DNA of 63,731 nt, counting the filler, from Octopus bimaculoides (taxonomy: Eukaryota), in the NCBI RefSeq assembly GCF_001194135.2. It is 8 parts of 8 records of this genome, joined end to end, with 100 filler letters (N's around TTAATTAATTAA, not from the genome) between each part and the next. Parts side by side here need not be neighbours in the genome. Positions count along the whole stretch, not along the records: positions 8,100 to 26,778 come from NC_068983.1; 7 more parts are not named here. One strand, written 5' to 3'. Position numbers and translations under genes: made by a program. The notes under the pieces were generated by a model. The model made no database searches. It was not told the origin of the DNA and saw only the letters and a program-made list of their open reading frames with translations. Below, one piece after another: positions 11,684 to 25,621 of this stretch. Every line of letters begins with the position of its first letter. The stretch's first letter is position 1.

Positions 11684-12515
11684 GGAGAGCAAGAGAAAAA
11701 TACAGAGACACACCCACACACATATAAGCATAATCATATGCATACACACCCACACATACAAATATATCTATGTGTGTGTGAGATGTGTGTGTAGAAAGAA
11801 AGACAAATTGCCTGGAAAATGTCAAGTGATGATCAAGAAACTCTATCCTGTTAAATGTTATGCATACATTAGCAGAGATGCCATTCAGAGATAAATTGCA
11901 AGGAACATCGGTGCTATGATGCTGGCCAATCAATTTCTGTGCGAAATGATGATGACCTTTGCTGTTTTCCTTGCAGTTTAGTTGCAGAAAGATTCCTGTT
12001 CAAAGATAAACTCAGTAGATTTATTGTTTGCACCTTTATTACAAGAAAGGTGAGAGGTTTAATTTGGAAAAAAAAAAAAAAATTGAGTTTGGTCTGATAA
12101 ATGTGTGTACATAGACAGTGCATACGTATATATATATATATGTGTGAGTATGTGTGTGTGTGTGTGTGTGTGTGTNNNNNNNNNNNNNNNNNNNNNNNNN
12201 NNNNNNNNNNNNNNNNNNNNNNNNNNNNNNNNNNNNNNNNNNNNNNNNNNNNNNNNNNNNNNNNNNNNNNNNNNNNNNNNNNNNNNNNNNNNNNNNNNNN
12301 NNNNNNNNNNNNNNNNNNNNNNNNNNNNNNNNNNNNNNNNNNNNNNNNNNNNNNNNNNNNNNNNNNNNNNNNNNNNNNNNNNNNNNNNNNNNNNNNNNNN
12401 NNNNNNNNNNNNNNNNNNNNNNNNNNNNNNNNNNNNNNNNNNNNNNNNNNNNNNNNNNNNNNNNNNNNNNNNNNNNNNNNNNNNNNNNNNNNNNNNNNNN
12501 NNNNNNNNNNNNNNN

Positions 12516-12566
<51 letters not shown>

Positions 12567-13095
12567 GTATATATATGTATATATATATATATATTTGTGG
12601 GGGGAGGAGAGGGAGGGATGTATATATATGTGAGTGTGTACATATGTGTTTTTATCAAAATGTTTATATAATATATATAGATATAGTTATAGATATACAT
12701 GTACATATATACAAACGATATATGTTTGTATATATACTCATGCATACATACATACATTCATACATACATACATATATACATACATACATATGTGCATACA
12801 TACATACATACATACATACATACATACATACATACATACATACATACATACATACATACATAATTATATTTGATACTTATATTGCATCTGTCTTGTGTAC
12901 AACAGACCCAAGGTTCAATTTCCAAAGATGACTATCTGTGGTTTTCAAAGTAAGGGAATTTTTACTAATATGATAAAGTACCCTGGGTGAACTCAGATAT
13001 GAGTGCACCATCCTCCAGGCAAAACATCCTACAAGTTGAGAATAACACACTCTGCCTTCAAACATGAATATTTTTTAATTCACAGGTATTTTAAG

Positions 13096-13152
13096 TAAGA
13101 ATATATTTAACTAAGAATATTTTAACTACGAATATCTTAACTAAGAATATCT
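13096..13152 (+). repeat. Minisatellite, about 15-bp unit x4
   Basis: taagaatatatttaac taagaatattttaac tacgaatatcttaac taagaatatct. Confidence 0.85.
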
Positions 13153-13406
13153 CTCATTCTATATGAATGCACACTACACATGTACATGTAAACACACATG
13201 CATTCACACATATGAACATATACACACTTATATTTGTTGGGGAAAGAAAGTTATATATACATACATATGTATATACATACAAACAGACATATATGTATAC
13301 ATACATATATATATATGGGAGAATATACAAAAAATAACAACAGACGAGGACAGGTGGTGTAAATAACAAAAGTATATATTAGTATGACGCTCGGGAATAC
13401 GGAAAG

Positions 13407-13443
13407 TCTTTGACGTTTCGAGCTACGCTCTTCAACAGAAAGA
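13407..13443 (-). ncRNA. Minimal type I hammerhead-like motif (variant core CUGUUGA)
   Basis: Minus strand: UCUUU-CUGUUGA-A-GAGC-GUA-GCUC-GAA-ACGU-C^AAAGA. Stem I 5 bp, stem II 4 bp, palindromic ACGU in place of stem III. Confidence 0.6.
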
Positions 13444-15840
13444 ATACGGAGACAAGGAGAAAAACACGGAGAAAAAAAATTGAATAGTGTTCAGTCAACG
13501 GTCAATCATATATATATATATATATATATATANNNNNNNNNNNNNNNNNNNNNNNNNNNNNNNNNNNNNNNNNNNNNNNNNNNNNNNNNNNNNNNNNNNN
13601 NNNNNNNNNNNNNNNNNNNNNNNNNNNNNNNNNNNNNNNNNNNNNNNNNNNNNNNNNNNNNNNNNNNNNNNNNNNNNNNNNNNNNNNNNNNNNNNNNNNN
13701 NNNNNNNNNNNNNNNNNNNNNNNNNNNNNNNNNNNNNNNNNNNNNNNNNNNNNNNNNNNNNNNNNNNNNNNNNNNNNNNNNNNNNNNNNNNNNNNNNNNN
13801 NNNNNNNNNNNNNNNNNNNNNNNNNNNNNNNNNNNNNNNNNNNNNNNNNNNNNNNNNNNNNNNNNNNNNNNNNNNNNNNNNNNNNNNNNNNNNNNNNNNN
13901 NNNNNNNNNNNNNNNNNNNNNNNNNNNNNNNNNNNNNNNNNNNNNNNNNNNNNNNNNNNNNNNNNNNNNNNNNNNNNNNNNNNNNNNNNNNNNNNNNNNN
14001 NNNNNNNNNNNNNNNNNNNNNNNNNNNNNNNNNNNNNNNNNNNNNNNNNNNNNNNNTATATAAATATCATCATCATCATCGTTTAACATCCATTTTCGAT
14101 GCTGGCATGGATTGGATGGTTTGACAGGAACTGGTCAGCCGGGAAGCTGTCCAGACTCCAGTTGTCTGTTGTAGCATGGTTTCTATGACTTGATGTCCTT
14201 CCTAACGCCAACCACTTTACAGAGTGTGCTGGGTGAATATTACATGCCACCGACACAGGTGTGTTTACACAGAACTGGCATGAATGAATTTTATCATCGT
14301 TTTGCATCTGTGCTCCATGTTGTCATGGGTTGGATGGTTTAACAGAATCTGAGAAGCCTGAAGACCATGCAAGGTTTCAGTGTCTGCTTTGATATGGCTT
14401 CTATGGTTGAATACTCTTCCTAACAAAGACCCCTTTACACAATATACCAGGTACTTTTATTGTGGCACTGGCTCTAGTAAGGTCACCAAGTAACTAGCAA
14501 AACAAAACCCCTTGTCAGAGCTGGGTACAATATTGAAGAAGGTGACTGTGTTCCAGATATTGGGCTGCTAAAGTAAGATACAAGCACAGGACAGGAACTG
14601 GTGTCTTACTGTAGAGGAGATAAATGGCTACCCCAACAAGAAATGGAGAATGAATGGTGGAGGTGAACTGTGAAGGTGTTGCATTCAAGATACAAGAAGG
14701 TAGATAAAGAGGAGAATAGGATCAGAGAATAGAGGAAGGTGAAATTTTAAAAGATTGGGAGAGGAGAATGATGATAAGAGGTGAATGCAGTGATGGTGAA
14801 CATGGGTGGAAGTGTGGTCAATGGTGAATCTCAGTTAAAAAGAAAGAAAGGGAAAATAGGAGTGATTCAAAGAGGAGGTGAGAGGTGGTAGTACATTAAA
14901 AGGGGAAGTAGTGAGCAATAGTAGAATAAAACTGTAGATAAAGGAAAAATAGGGAGATGATATGAATCATGGGGAAGAGAGAAGGTTCAGAGTAATAGAG
15001 ATGAAGGTCAGAGGTACATAGAGGTAGATATAGTGAGTGACAGATATCAATGACAGATAGGAGAGGGCATTAGGGGAAAGGTGTTCAATGGAAAATTAAG
15101 TGGAAGATGTCGAGAGTGGGGTGTGACTGGCAAGAGAAATGGCTGCAATAAGAGGGATAACTTGTAGCAAACAAGATAGGGATGGACTGTGTGCAGTTCT
15201 ATTCTCATATAATTATAGTAACTGATGATATAGTGTTGCAACTAGAGGAGGTAAAGGATGGGTTGTTATGAAGATGAGTTTTGAGGAAGGTTTGACAAGT
15301 ACAGATTGGGTGTTGGAGCATAGGCATTAAGGATTTGCTTTCAGGACCTCATTTTTGCTGAGATGGTCAGGGCTTCTCAAGCACAGCAAATTGCTAATCC
15401 TCTCAGTCATTTGTAATCTTCTCTGTGAGGCTCAACAACCTGAGGTCATTCTTCCCTACTACACACCACATCTTTCTAGGTCTCTGTCTTCCACTAGTTC
15501 CAACCACATTTAGCAATCCCTACTTCTTTATGCAGCTGTCCCCACACATTTACATCACAGGACCATAACAGCATAACTTTTTTCCCTGCACACTTCATCC
15601 GATGTCTCTTATGCCCAATATGTGTGTGTGTGTGTGTGTGTGTGTATACACTCACACACATATGTATGCATGTATGCATATATATATATATATATATATA
15701 TAGTTACATTAGGTTCCGTTAGGAACATGGTAGAGAACAGTATAGAGCTCATCCACCTTCGGAATTACCCAGTAGTATCGGTAGTATTATTATATACTTC
15801 CAAGTTTAAATTTGGGCATTCTTAACTATANNNNNNNNNN

Positions 15841-16218
15841 TATATGCATATATACATACATACGTGTACATACTCACATATATATATGTATATACACATG
15901 CGTATATGGGTACAGGACGTCAAAAAACGTAAACAACATGAAAAACGAGAACATGAAATGCAAAGACGTGGAAATTGAACTTTTTTGCGAACAACAAAAG
16001 AAACAAATAGAAAAACGAGACATGCAACATAAAGAACAATCCATGTTACCTGTCGTTTTTCTATTTGTTTCTTTTGTTGTTCGCAAAAAAAGTTCGTTTT
16101 CCATGTTTTTGTATTTCATGTTGTTTACGTTTTTTTGACGTCTTGTACCCTTATACGCATGTGTATATACGTATATATGTAAGTATGTACATGTATGTAT
16201 GTATGTATATATGCATAT
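15841..16218. repeat. Foldback element with about 170-bp inverted arms
   Basis: gggtacaggacgtcaaaaaacgtaaacaacatg...aaacaaatagaaaaacga mirrored by tcgtttttctatttgttt...catgttgtttacgtttttttgacgtcttgtaccc, with a loop of about 30 nt. Confidence 0.9.
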
Positions 16219-16281
16219 GTATATTATTTATATTATTATATGATCAAACGCCACACATCCATTTCCAAATAAGTTTTATCT

Positions 16282-16321
<40 letters not shown>

Positions 16322-16323
<2 letters not shown>

Positions 16324-17070
16324 TCTTAGGCCTCCGTCGGTCATGGCTGACCATGGATGATGTCATCTGTCCATTGAGTTGTCTATTCAGTTTTTGCAAC
16401 GCCTCCTGTGGCTGTAGAGACCGATGCGAGAGTGGCAGTCTCGTTTGCAGAGGTCAAACCTATACATTAAATCCGGTCTGTTGGCTGTCATTTCTTTACT
16501 GCGGGCTCGGTTTTCAGCTGCTGCCACCCTCAAATTCCCTTCGCTGGTCTGCAGTTGTTTGTGAAGAGTGCCTCTCCAGCTGGTTCGGTCAGCTGCGAGG
16601 TCCTCCGAGGAATTGGTGTTGATGCCAAGTGCCTTCATGTCCCTCCTGCACACGCCCCTGTACCTCAGCTTCTGACGGCCAATGTTTTTCTGCCCTGGGA
16701 CAAGCTCTCCGAAAAGGACATCCTTTGGGATCCGACCATCCCCCATATGGTGAACGTTGCCAAGCCAGCGCAGTCGATGTTGCCTTAGCAAGGTGTGCAT
16801 GGTGGGGAGGCCAGCACGAGACAGAACATCAGTATTGGTTACTTTGTTTTGCCAGGAGATGCCGAGTATGTGTCGGAGGCTTCTGAGGTGGAAGGTATTG
16901 AGCCGTTTCTCCTGGCAGGCGTACGCGGTCCATGTCTTGCTGCTGTATAGCAGGGTGCTGAGGGCGCAAGTTTTCACTGTTAGTTTGGGGTTTGTCCACA
17001 CTCTTGGTGTGAGGCGAGCGAATGTTGTGGCTGCCTTCCTGATCCACTTGTCTATCTCAGTATGCAAGAA
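16322..17070 (-). mobile_element. RTE-clade (BovB-like) LINE 3' end, 5'-truncated
   Basis: ORF 16387-17067: LSTLLYSSKTW, LRHILGISWQNKVTNTDVL, RLRWLGNVHHMGDGRIPKDVLFGEL and terminal zinc finger DLCKRDCHSRIGLYSHRRRC, then a short 3' UTR. Confidence 0.92.
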
Positions 17071-18168
17071 GATGGCTTGAACAGACTTTATTACAAATTA
17101 CTACAATTTGTTTCACTCCAACAATAGCTGTTTACATGCACATCCTTGGGTGACCAGAGTCAAAGCACATATGCATGCACACACACATGCATATATAAAT
17201 ATATGCATAAATGAATAAATATAACCACACAGTGTGAGATCAGCAAGCCTTAAGAGATAAATTGAAACCACTCAATAAATGAATATAAAGTTAAATTAAG
17301 CAGCATATTTGTATCTTTCAACAACCATGGAAGAGCCAGCTTAATATATCACTCATTGGAATCAAACCCAAACCATAGAACCTTCTTAATCACACCACTA
17401 TTTCTGCACCTAATTAAAAAAATGATTACCAATAATACACCACAAGTGAAATCAATTCTAACAAATTTGTAATGTTGTGCATCATCATCATCCTCATCAT
17501 CATCATTTAATGTCTGCTTTCCATGCCGGCATGAATTTGACAGGAGCTGGCTAGGCAGAAGACTGCACCATGCTTCACTGTCTGTTCTGGCATGGTTTTT
17601 ATAGCTGGATGCCTTTCCTAACATTAACCACTCCACAGAGTGGACTGAGTGTTTTGTGTGTGTCACCAGCACAGGTGAGGTCAGTTTTGGCATAGTTCTT
17701 TTTTTATTTTACAGCTGGATAAATTATAATTTTCCTTTTTTTTGTTTTGTTTTGTTTTTTCTTGTGTCTTTTTTTTTTTCTCTCATATTTCATAGTAGCA
17801 CTATTTAAATATTAGTATCATGTCTGTGACCCATTGTGGGATTAGTTAAAATTTTGTCAGAAAATTTTTTGGATTTTTTCACTATTTGTATCGGAAGCAA
17901 ATCTTAATAATTTGTTTTTAATTTCTTTTTTATTAAGCCATAGGATTCAGTCCAACTCTGCATGGCACCTTGGGCAAGTGACATTTACTATAGCCACAGG
18001 CTGACCAAAGCCTTGTGAGTGGATTTGATAGATGGAATCTGATAGAAGCCTGTTGTGTGTGTGTGTGTGTGTCTTTGTGCTTGTGTTTGTCTACCACTAC
18101 CACTTGACAACCAGTGTTGGTGTTTTTACATCCCTGTAACTTAGAATTTTGGCAAAAGTGACCAATAA

Positions 18169-18332
18169 GCACAGGAGTGGCTGTGTGGTAAGTAGCTTGC
18201 TTACAAACCACATGGTTCCGGGTTCAGTGCCACTGCGTGGCACCTTGGACAAGTGTCTTCTACTATAGCCTCAGGCCAACCAAAGCCTTGTGAGTGGATA
18301 TGGTAGACGGAAACTGAAAAAAGCCCGTTGTA

Positions 18333-18385
<53 letters not shown>

Positions 18386-18395
18386 NNNNNNNNNN

Positions 18396-18454
<59 letters not shown>

Positions 18455-18677
18455 TGTGTGGTGTGTCTGCGTTTGTCCCCCCACCATCGCTTGACAACCG
18501 ATGCTGGTGTGTTTACGTCCCCGTAACTTAGCGGTTCAGCAAAAAGAGAATGATAGAATAAGTACTAGGCTTACAAAGAATAAGTCCTGGGGTCGATTTG
18601 CTCGGCTAAAGGCGGTGCTCCAGCATGGTCGCAGTCAAATTACTTATACAAGTAAAAGAGTAAAGAGAGTAAAGAGT
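18169..18677 (+). mobile_element. tRNA-derived SINE with central (TA)/(TG) microsatellite and (GTAAAAGA)n-like tail
   Basis: Head caggagtggctgtgtggtaag...ccgggttcagtgcc. Same family at 17935-18168, 21255-21710, 53339-53791 (tandem heads) and 60966-61365. Confidence 0.85.
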
Positions 18678-21359
18678 AATAGATTAAGTAGCAGGCTTAA
18701 AAAAAAAGTACTGGGGTTGATTTGTTCAACTGAAATTCTTCAAGGTAGTGCCCCAGCATGACCACAGTCTAATGACTGAAACAAATAAAAGATAAATGAC
18801 AAAAGATAAACTATTAAAATGTAATTTAAATGAAATGAAACTGCTCATAAAGGCAGTGAGGGTGTTGTATCCACAATCACAAGATCTTGGTTTCAACTCC
18901 CAGAACAGAAGTGCACTGAATTCTTTAGCAAAACAATTTATTCAACATTACCACAGTCCACTCAGCTGTAAATGGGTAACCCTGCGATGGATCGACATCC
19001 CATTCAGGGGGAACATTGGCCTGCCTAGCCAGTGGAGTGGTATCATTCAAAGGCTGCACCAATACAAGGAAGTGCATTGTGACCAGCAGTGTATAAAAAC
19101 ATCTAGTCAATACAATGAAAAAATGCTTGTATATTGTTATAATAAAAGCTACAGTATTTGAGATAAGATTCTCTGAGTTTTTACATTTTCTTGTTTGGAA
19201 TTTTATACATTATTTAAACTTTTTCTATAGTGCTTTTTTTTTCTAGTTGGAATAGATTTATTTTATTTATTTATTTACCTATAAGTATGTATTGTTCACT
19301 ATCATAAATTCTTTGGTGAGATGTCTCAACAATGACGTCCACATTTATCCAATGGAAGTTATCAATTTCCATGAGGGTAATTAAATGTCTATATATATAT
19401 TACTTTATATTACACATTATGGCTTACTTGCAAAGGCCTCGTTATTGAAGAATTATTATGTATAACTTTGTTTGCTTTTTCGTTGCTTAATTCTATAATA
19501 ATTCAATTTAGTTTATCTGTTAGGTGCCGAACATCATAATTATTAATGTCATTGTATAATATTATGTTCAAGTTACTACTGCATTTGCTTACAGAATTAA
19601 ATTCTATATATTATATTATTCACAAATTCATCAGTTTTATTCATATTTTTATTATTAAATATCTCATTATATTTCCATATATATATTTCTCAATAACCTT
19701 TTAGAATATTCATTGTTGATGAAGAATTACTGGATTCTATTTCGTTATTTAAGAGCTCTTTTATTTTGTAATTGGAGAAGAATTTTACATAATTTTTTTT
19801 TTTTATATGACTGTATTTTTTTAACATGCAACACTCACACTTCATATTAACATATATTTTTGTTTGTATGCTTAGCAAGAACAGAATTATTAGTTTATCA
19901 TTTACATTTTCTATATATAATTGTATAAAAGGCAATTACTTTTAAGACTCAACTTATAGGTAAATTCAAGTATTCTGTTGTTTACCTTAGTGATTTTTAA
20001 TTTCCAAATATTATTGAGTTCTTCAATGTGAAAGTCTTATTAGTCTAACTGCTTCTTTTTCCTGTCTCCATTTGGTACTAGTAATAAATAATATCATTAT
20101 ATGCTTAACATTTTTGCAGTTCACTTATAATCTATTTTATCATCTACAATATATTTAAAATAAGCTACAGACTTTTGCATGATGTTAAGAAATTTTATGA
20201 AGAAAGAAAAATAATTATAAGATAGGTTTTATTCAATATCCTAAATGAGCATTGTTTGGTATAACAGTTTATATAACATTTAAAAACAGTATGCTCTTCT
20301 TTTAAGGTGAAATGTCCTTTTTCTGAATTAACCTGTATGTGTTTACAAATCTGCTGTTGTTTATTTATGTATGAAGCTTTTCTATTGTTAAAGGTAGCAA
20401 GTTTGATATGATTCATTGAAGAATGTTTCTGAGGGCTCTGTTCATGAAAATAAAGTGGATCTAAAGGGAGGAATCAAAGTTGCATGTAGATGATGCTTAT
20501 GTGTGGTTGGTTACAGATGAAGAGTGAAGTAGGGTAACATCTGCATAGAAGAGAGTATTGTTGAAGTTAATGGCAAGCAGATCATTGAAGAAAAGAGTAA
20601 GGGATGTAACAGAGCTTTCAGGCATGCCAAAGTTGATAGAGCATAGGTCAGAAAGAGTTCTGTTAGTATACACACCATTGATGCAACCTAATAAGTATTT
20701 TCCATTCCAAAAAAAAAAAAAAAGAAAGTTAGATAGAGCCTATAGGTAGTCAGTTTCCATATCTACATGCTAGAAATAGATCTATATGCTAGACATGGTC
20801 AGATATTTTCCTAATGTCGTGTGCAGCAACACTGTTTTCTCCGAATTTCTCAAAGGTGAGGGTCCACTGGTTTGACTGATATGCTTTACAATATATCATT
20901 ACTCACAACTATCTTTTATCTTCATCTGTGAAGCCCAACAAACAAAAATTTCACCTCAGCAGTTCTCCCATACTATCCATACTGTTAGAGACAACACATT
21001 TTCCCCTGCGCCCATTGACTATTTTCATCCCAACTCCAAACCAGTGCAGTTGATATGAACATTTACTAATGTTTAGGTTACAGTTAGGCGTCTACTATTG
21101 ATTTCTAACACAAACACAACACTACGTATTTTGGGAGCAGAACAATTAATTATATCTGGGGGTCTATCCACCTCAAAGGATAAAAAACAGAATCAGCACC
21201 ATCTCCCCATTCTACAGCAGGCTTTGAACTCAGAATGTAAAGGATGTGGCTGTGAGGTAACAAGATTGGGTGGTACCTTGGGTAAGTGTCTTCTTCTATA
21301 GTCTCAGGCTGATCAAAGCCTTGTGAGTGGATTTGGTAGATGAAAACTGAAAGAATACC

Positions 21360-21434
<75 letters not shown>

Positions 21435-22078
21435 ATGTGAGCGTATGTGTGTGTCTGTCTGTCCGTGTGCCTGTCTGTCTGTGACTGTATCTTTGTGTTT
21501 GTGTTTGTTCCCCACCACTGCTTGACAACCAGTGCTGGTGTGTTTACATCCTTGTAACTTAGCAGTTTGGTAAAATAGAGCAATAGAATAAATAGCAAGC
21601 TTAAAAGGAAAAATGAAAGTACTGGGATCAATTCATTCAAATAAAACTTCTACAAGGTGCTCCTGTATGGCTGTAGACTAATGACTGAAACAAGTCGAAG
21701 ATAAAAGATAATTAAACATTGATTTCAAAGTTTGACACAAGACCAGCAAAAGTTCAAGAGAGGAGACAAGTCGATTACATTGATTCCAGTGCTCAACATG
21801 TACTTATTTTATCGACCCTGGAAGGATGCGAGGCAAAGTTGACCTCGGTAACATTTGAACTTAGAATGCGCAGACAGACAAAATGTTGCTAAGCATTTTA
21901 CCCAGCATGCTAATGATTCTTCCAGCTTGTCACCTTGAGATAATTAAATATTGCTAAATATTATACTGCATTTGTCCTTCACACTCCCAATTCTTCCAAT
22001 CCACTTATAGCATATCATATTGTTATAAATATGCTCACACTAATTTGCACCCAGCATAACATACTTGCAAACCAGTAG

Positions 22079-22122
<44 letters not shown>

Positions 22123-22847
22123 TCACATACATTCACTAGACACACACACATTCACATTCTGGTTCTGACCTTTACTTACGTCTCCCTTTCATTTCAGAAA
22201 TACTTCACTTTTCTACTTCTCCACCTCCCCTATTCCCCCCCCCCACTCCACTCTTTTCACCTTCATCTTTCCTCCTTCAATAATTCTTCCATTTATAGAC
22301 TGCCTAACGTCAATCTCAGCCATCCAGATATCACCCTTGGAGAAATAATGCTAATATAACACTTGCAACTTTAGTTGCATCCAATGGTACAGACAAGGTC
22401 TGCTGATGAGGCAAATTGCATCCATTGTTTCGAGAGTGGGATTGGTCCTGTGCAAGGTATTTCCACACTTTAAAAAGCTTCCAACACAGGCATAGCTTGA
22501 TTTTTAACATGTCTCTTCGCCTGTCTATTATGTATAACATGTTATGGCTGGCTATAAACAAGAAAGGCAAATCACTCAATGAAAAATCCCATGATGGAAT
22601 GAAGGCATATGTCAGCATGGAATAAAGGCATGTTTGGGTGGTAAGCTCTCTCAACACCTGCTGCAAGAGACAACCATAATTGCCACATAGGTACAAAAAA
22701 AAATGTGTAAGCTGCCAGCAGGGATGAAGCCCTACATCCATGATTTTCATGTTTAAGAGAATAATCAACAAATTTTCCTATATTTTTTCCTGTGTGGAAA
22801 TACACCCCTCTCCAGCTGAGTATTCTTAATCTTGCAGGCTCATAGGT

Positions 22848-22922
22848 GCTGGTGCCACATAAAAAGCACCCATACTGGTGCCACATAAACACACCCATGC
22901 TGGTGCTATGTAACAGCACCCA
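22848..22922 (+). repeat. Tandem repeat, about 25-bp unit x3
   Basis: gctggtgccacataaaaagcacccat-type units, adjacent with no spacers, at the edge of a SINE-tail copy. Confidence 0.8.
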
Positions 22923-23337
22923 GTAAATTCTGTAAAGTGGTTGGCATTAGGAAGAGCATCCATTCATGAAACCATGCCAAAACAGACATGGAGCCTGGAC
23001 AGCTCTTCAGCTGGCCAGTTCCTGTCAAACTGTCCAACCCATGCCAGCATGGAAAACAGACGTTAAATGATGATGATGATATATGCATAACTATATATGC
23101 ATAATTATATATGCATAACTATATATATATATATATATATANNNNNNNNNNNNNNNNNNNNNNNNNNNNNNNNNNNNNNNNNNNNNNNNNNNNNNNNNNN
23201 NNNNNNNNNNNNNNNNNNNNNNNNNNNNNNNNNNNNNNNNNNNNNNNNNNNNNNNNNNNNNNNNNNNNNNNNNNNNNNNNNNNNNNNNNNNNNNNNNNNN
23301 NNNNNNNNNNNNNNNNNNNNNNNNNNNNNNNNNNNNN

Positions 23338-23373
<36 letters not shown>

Positions 23374-24011
23374 GCATAGACATATACATACATATATACA
23401 GTGTGTGTGTATACATGTGCTCACAGTTGCATGCATCCACACAAATATACACCCACAGTTAGCTATATACATTCACAGATGTCTGCATACATGAAACTGC
23501 AGTGTTTGCGAGTACATTTGTGTGGGCTATGTGCTAATGTGTTCACACAAATGTACTGACAAATCCGCACTTTCATAGACACACACAAGCGCACAGACAT
23601 TTCTTCACACACATACACATGCTCTCTCTCTCTCTCTCTCACACACAGCTACTCACCATGCTATATATACAAATAACTACATGTTAGCAGACATGTAATA
23701 TATCAACACACTAGTTCACAGACAATGGAAGAGAGCATACAAAAGCTATTGAGATATTTTAATAAAATCTAATGTTGATCACATAAAATACGTCTGGTGA
23801 GAGTTTCATTGTTGAGATGTCTTCAGATGACAGAAGAAAACTTGATGAAATCAAATAACAAAGATGACAATGAAGCAGTTTTCATTTTATAGAAATATGC
23901 TCCACTGTGCATCAGTGTCTTTGTGTGAAAGTTGCTCTCTATGCATGTGTGTGTACAAATGTGCTGGTATGCATGCATGAGTATACATGTGTGTGTGTTA
24001 TCTGCATTTGT

Positions 24012-24046
<35 letters not shown>

Positions 24047-24319
24047 CGTGCGTGCGTGTGTGTGTGTGTGGGTGTGTGTGTGTGTGTATTTCAATGTGGT
24101 TGCTTGTATCTGGGTAGAAGATGAGCTTGTGAGTGCATGTTTATGTATGTATGTTTACAAGTGTAGCAATGAGAGATGCTATATATCATACACACCAAGG
24201 GATGCGAACACAATGTGAATGAAATAAATAAATATAAGTATAATTGTAGATATTCACACACACACACACATGATACATATATACATACATACATACATAC
24301 ATACATATATGTATGTATG

Positions 24320-24354
<35 letters not shown>

Positions 24355-24410
24355 ACACAGAAAGAGAGAAATATATTTACATATACCTGCATATACACAC
24401 ACACACATGC

Positions 24411-24441
<31 letters not shown>

Positions 24442-24751
24442 TATGTGTATTTGTGTATGTATATATAAATCAGTAGAATTGTTAACAAACCAGGCAAAAT
24501 GCTTAGCAGCATTTCTTCCAGTTTTACGGTCTGAGTTCAAATTCCATCAAGGTCAACTTTGCCTTTAATTCTTTCGGGGTCGATAAAATCAGTTCCAGTT
24601 GAGGATTAGGGTCAATGTAATTGACTAGCCCCTTCATTCCAAATTTCAGGTATGCAAATTAGGGACTCCTTCATAGAGTAATTGCCACATTTGTGAGTAT
24701 ATAAACAGTTTGACTGCTTGTTTCTCTGGAGACTGTCAGAATTATGTGGAT

Positions 24752-24794
24752 GCCTCTGATGAGAACCCAATGAGATTTGAAAATTGATTAAGGT
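24752..24794 (+). ncRNA. Type I hammerhead motif with weakened stem II
   Basis: GCCU-CUGAUGA-GAACC-CAAUGA-GAUUU-GAAAA-UUGA-UUA^AGGU. Stem I 4 bp, stem II with one C.A mismatch and a G.U pair, stem III 2 bp. Confidence 0.55.
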
Positions 24795-24865
24795 TGTTCA
24801 TTGTGTTTTAAGCCTGTGGAAAAATGTCTAAAATTTGCGCTGTTTATAATTATACCATACATATA

Positions 24866-24911
<46 letters not shown>

Positions 24912-25528
24912 TATACATACTTATATATATACACGCATAGATATATACATATAGATGTACATATATATATATACATCATAATCATTTAACATCTCACATG
25001 GGTTAGACGGTTTGACTAGGGCTGGTAAGCTGTGGGGTTGCACCAGACTCCAGTCTGATTTAGCATAGTTTCTATGGCTGCATGCCCTTCATAACACTAT
25101 ATATATATGAGTATATTAACATATGAGTATTTTATAATGTCCCTATTATATCCCTTAAATAAAACACCCATGTTTGAAACAGAATTGAAAAGTATTTAGA
25201 AATACATTGTCCGCAAAGTCTGCCTCCATAAGACTCAAAGGTTAAAATTCTTACATGGCTTATAGAACAATTAACCTCTTGAGACAATATACAGACCAAC
25301 AACCTCTATGCCTACCCACATCCTAATATGTATGTATGCATATATATATGAAATAATTTAACAAAAAACTATATAAATTAATAAAGGACTGAACCTGTGC
25401 GTGTGTTTATTACCAGCATAATGCCTCTCCCAAGGTTTAATTGTATTTCTTTCAACACACGTATCCACATCAAGAATCTTGCACACGAAATACACATACG
25501 AAATATATATATATATATATGCATACAT

Positions 25529-25569
<41 letters not shown>

Positions 25570-25621
25570 CACAGGTATGCTGGTGCACTATTTATAAATG
25601 TATATATACAGTGAATATATA

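Noticed and set aside
11977-12049. Candidate exon with strong acceptor (ttttccttgcag) and GTGAGA donor
   Set aside because: Its only open frame is phase 2 to 0, incompatible with the phase-1 SYT exon, and the peptide is unrecognised.
22848-22922. 25-bp repeats as a possible CRISPR array
   Set aside because: The units are directly adjacent with no spacers, the context is eukaryotic, and there are no cas genes.
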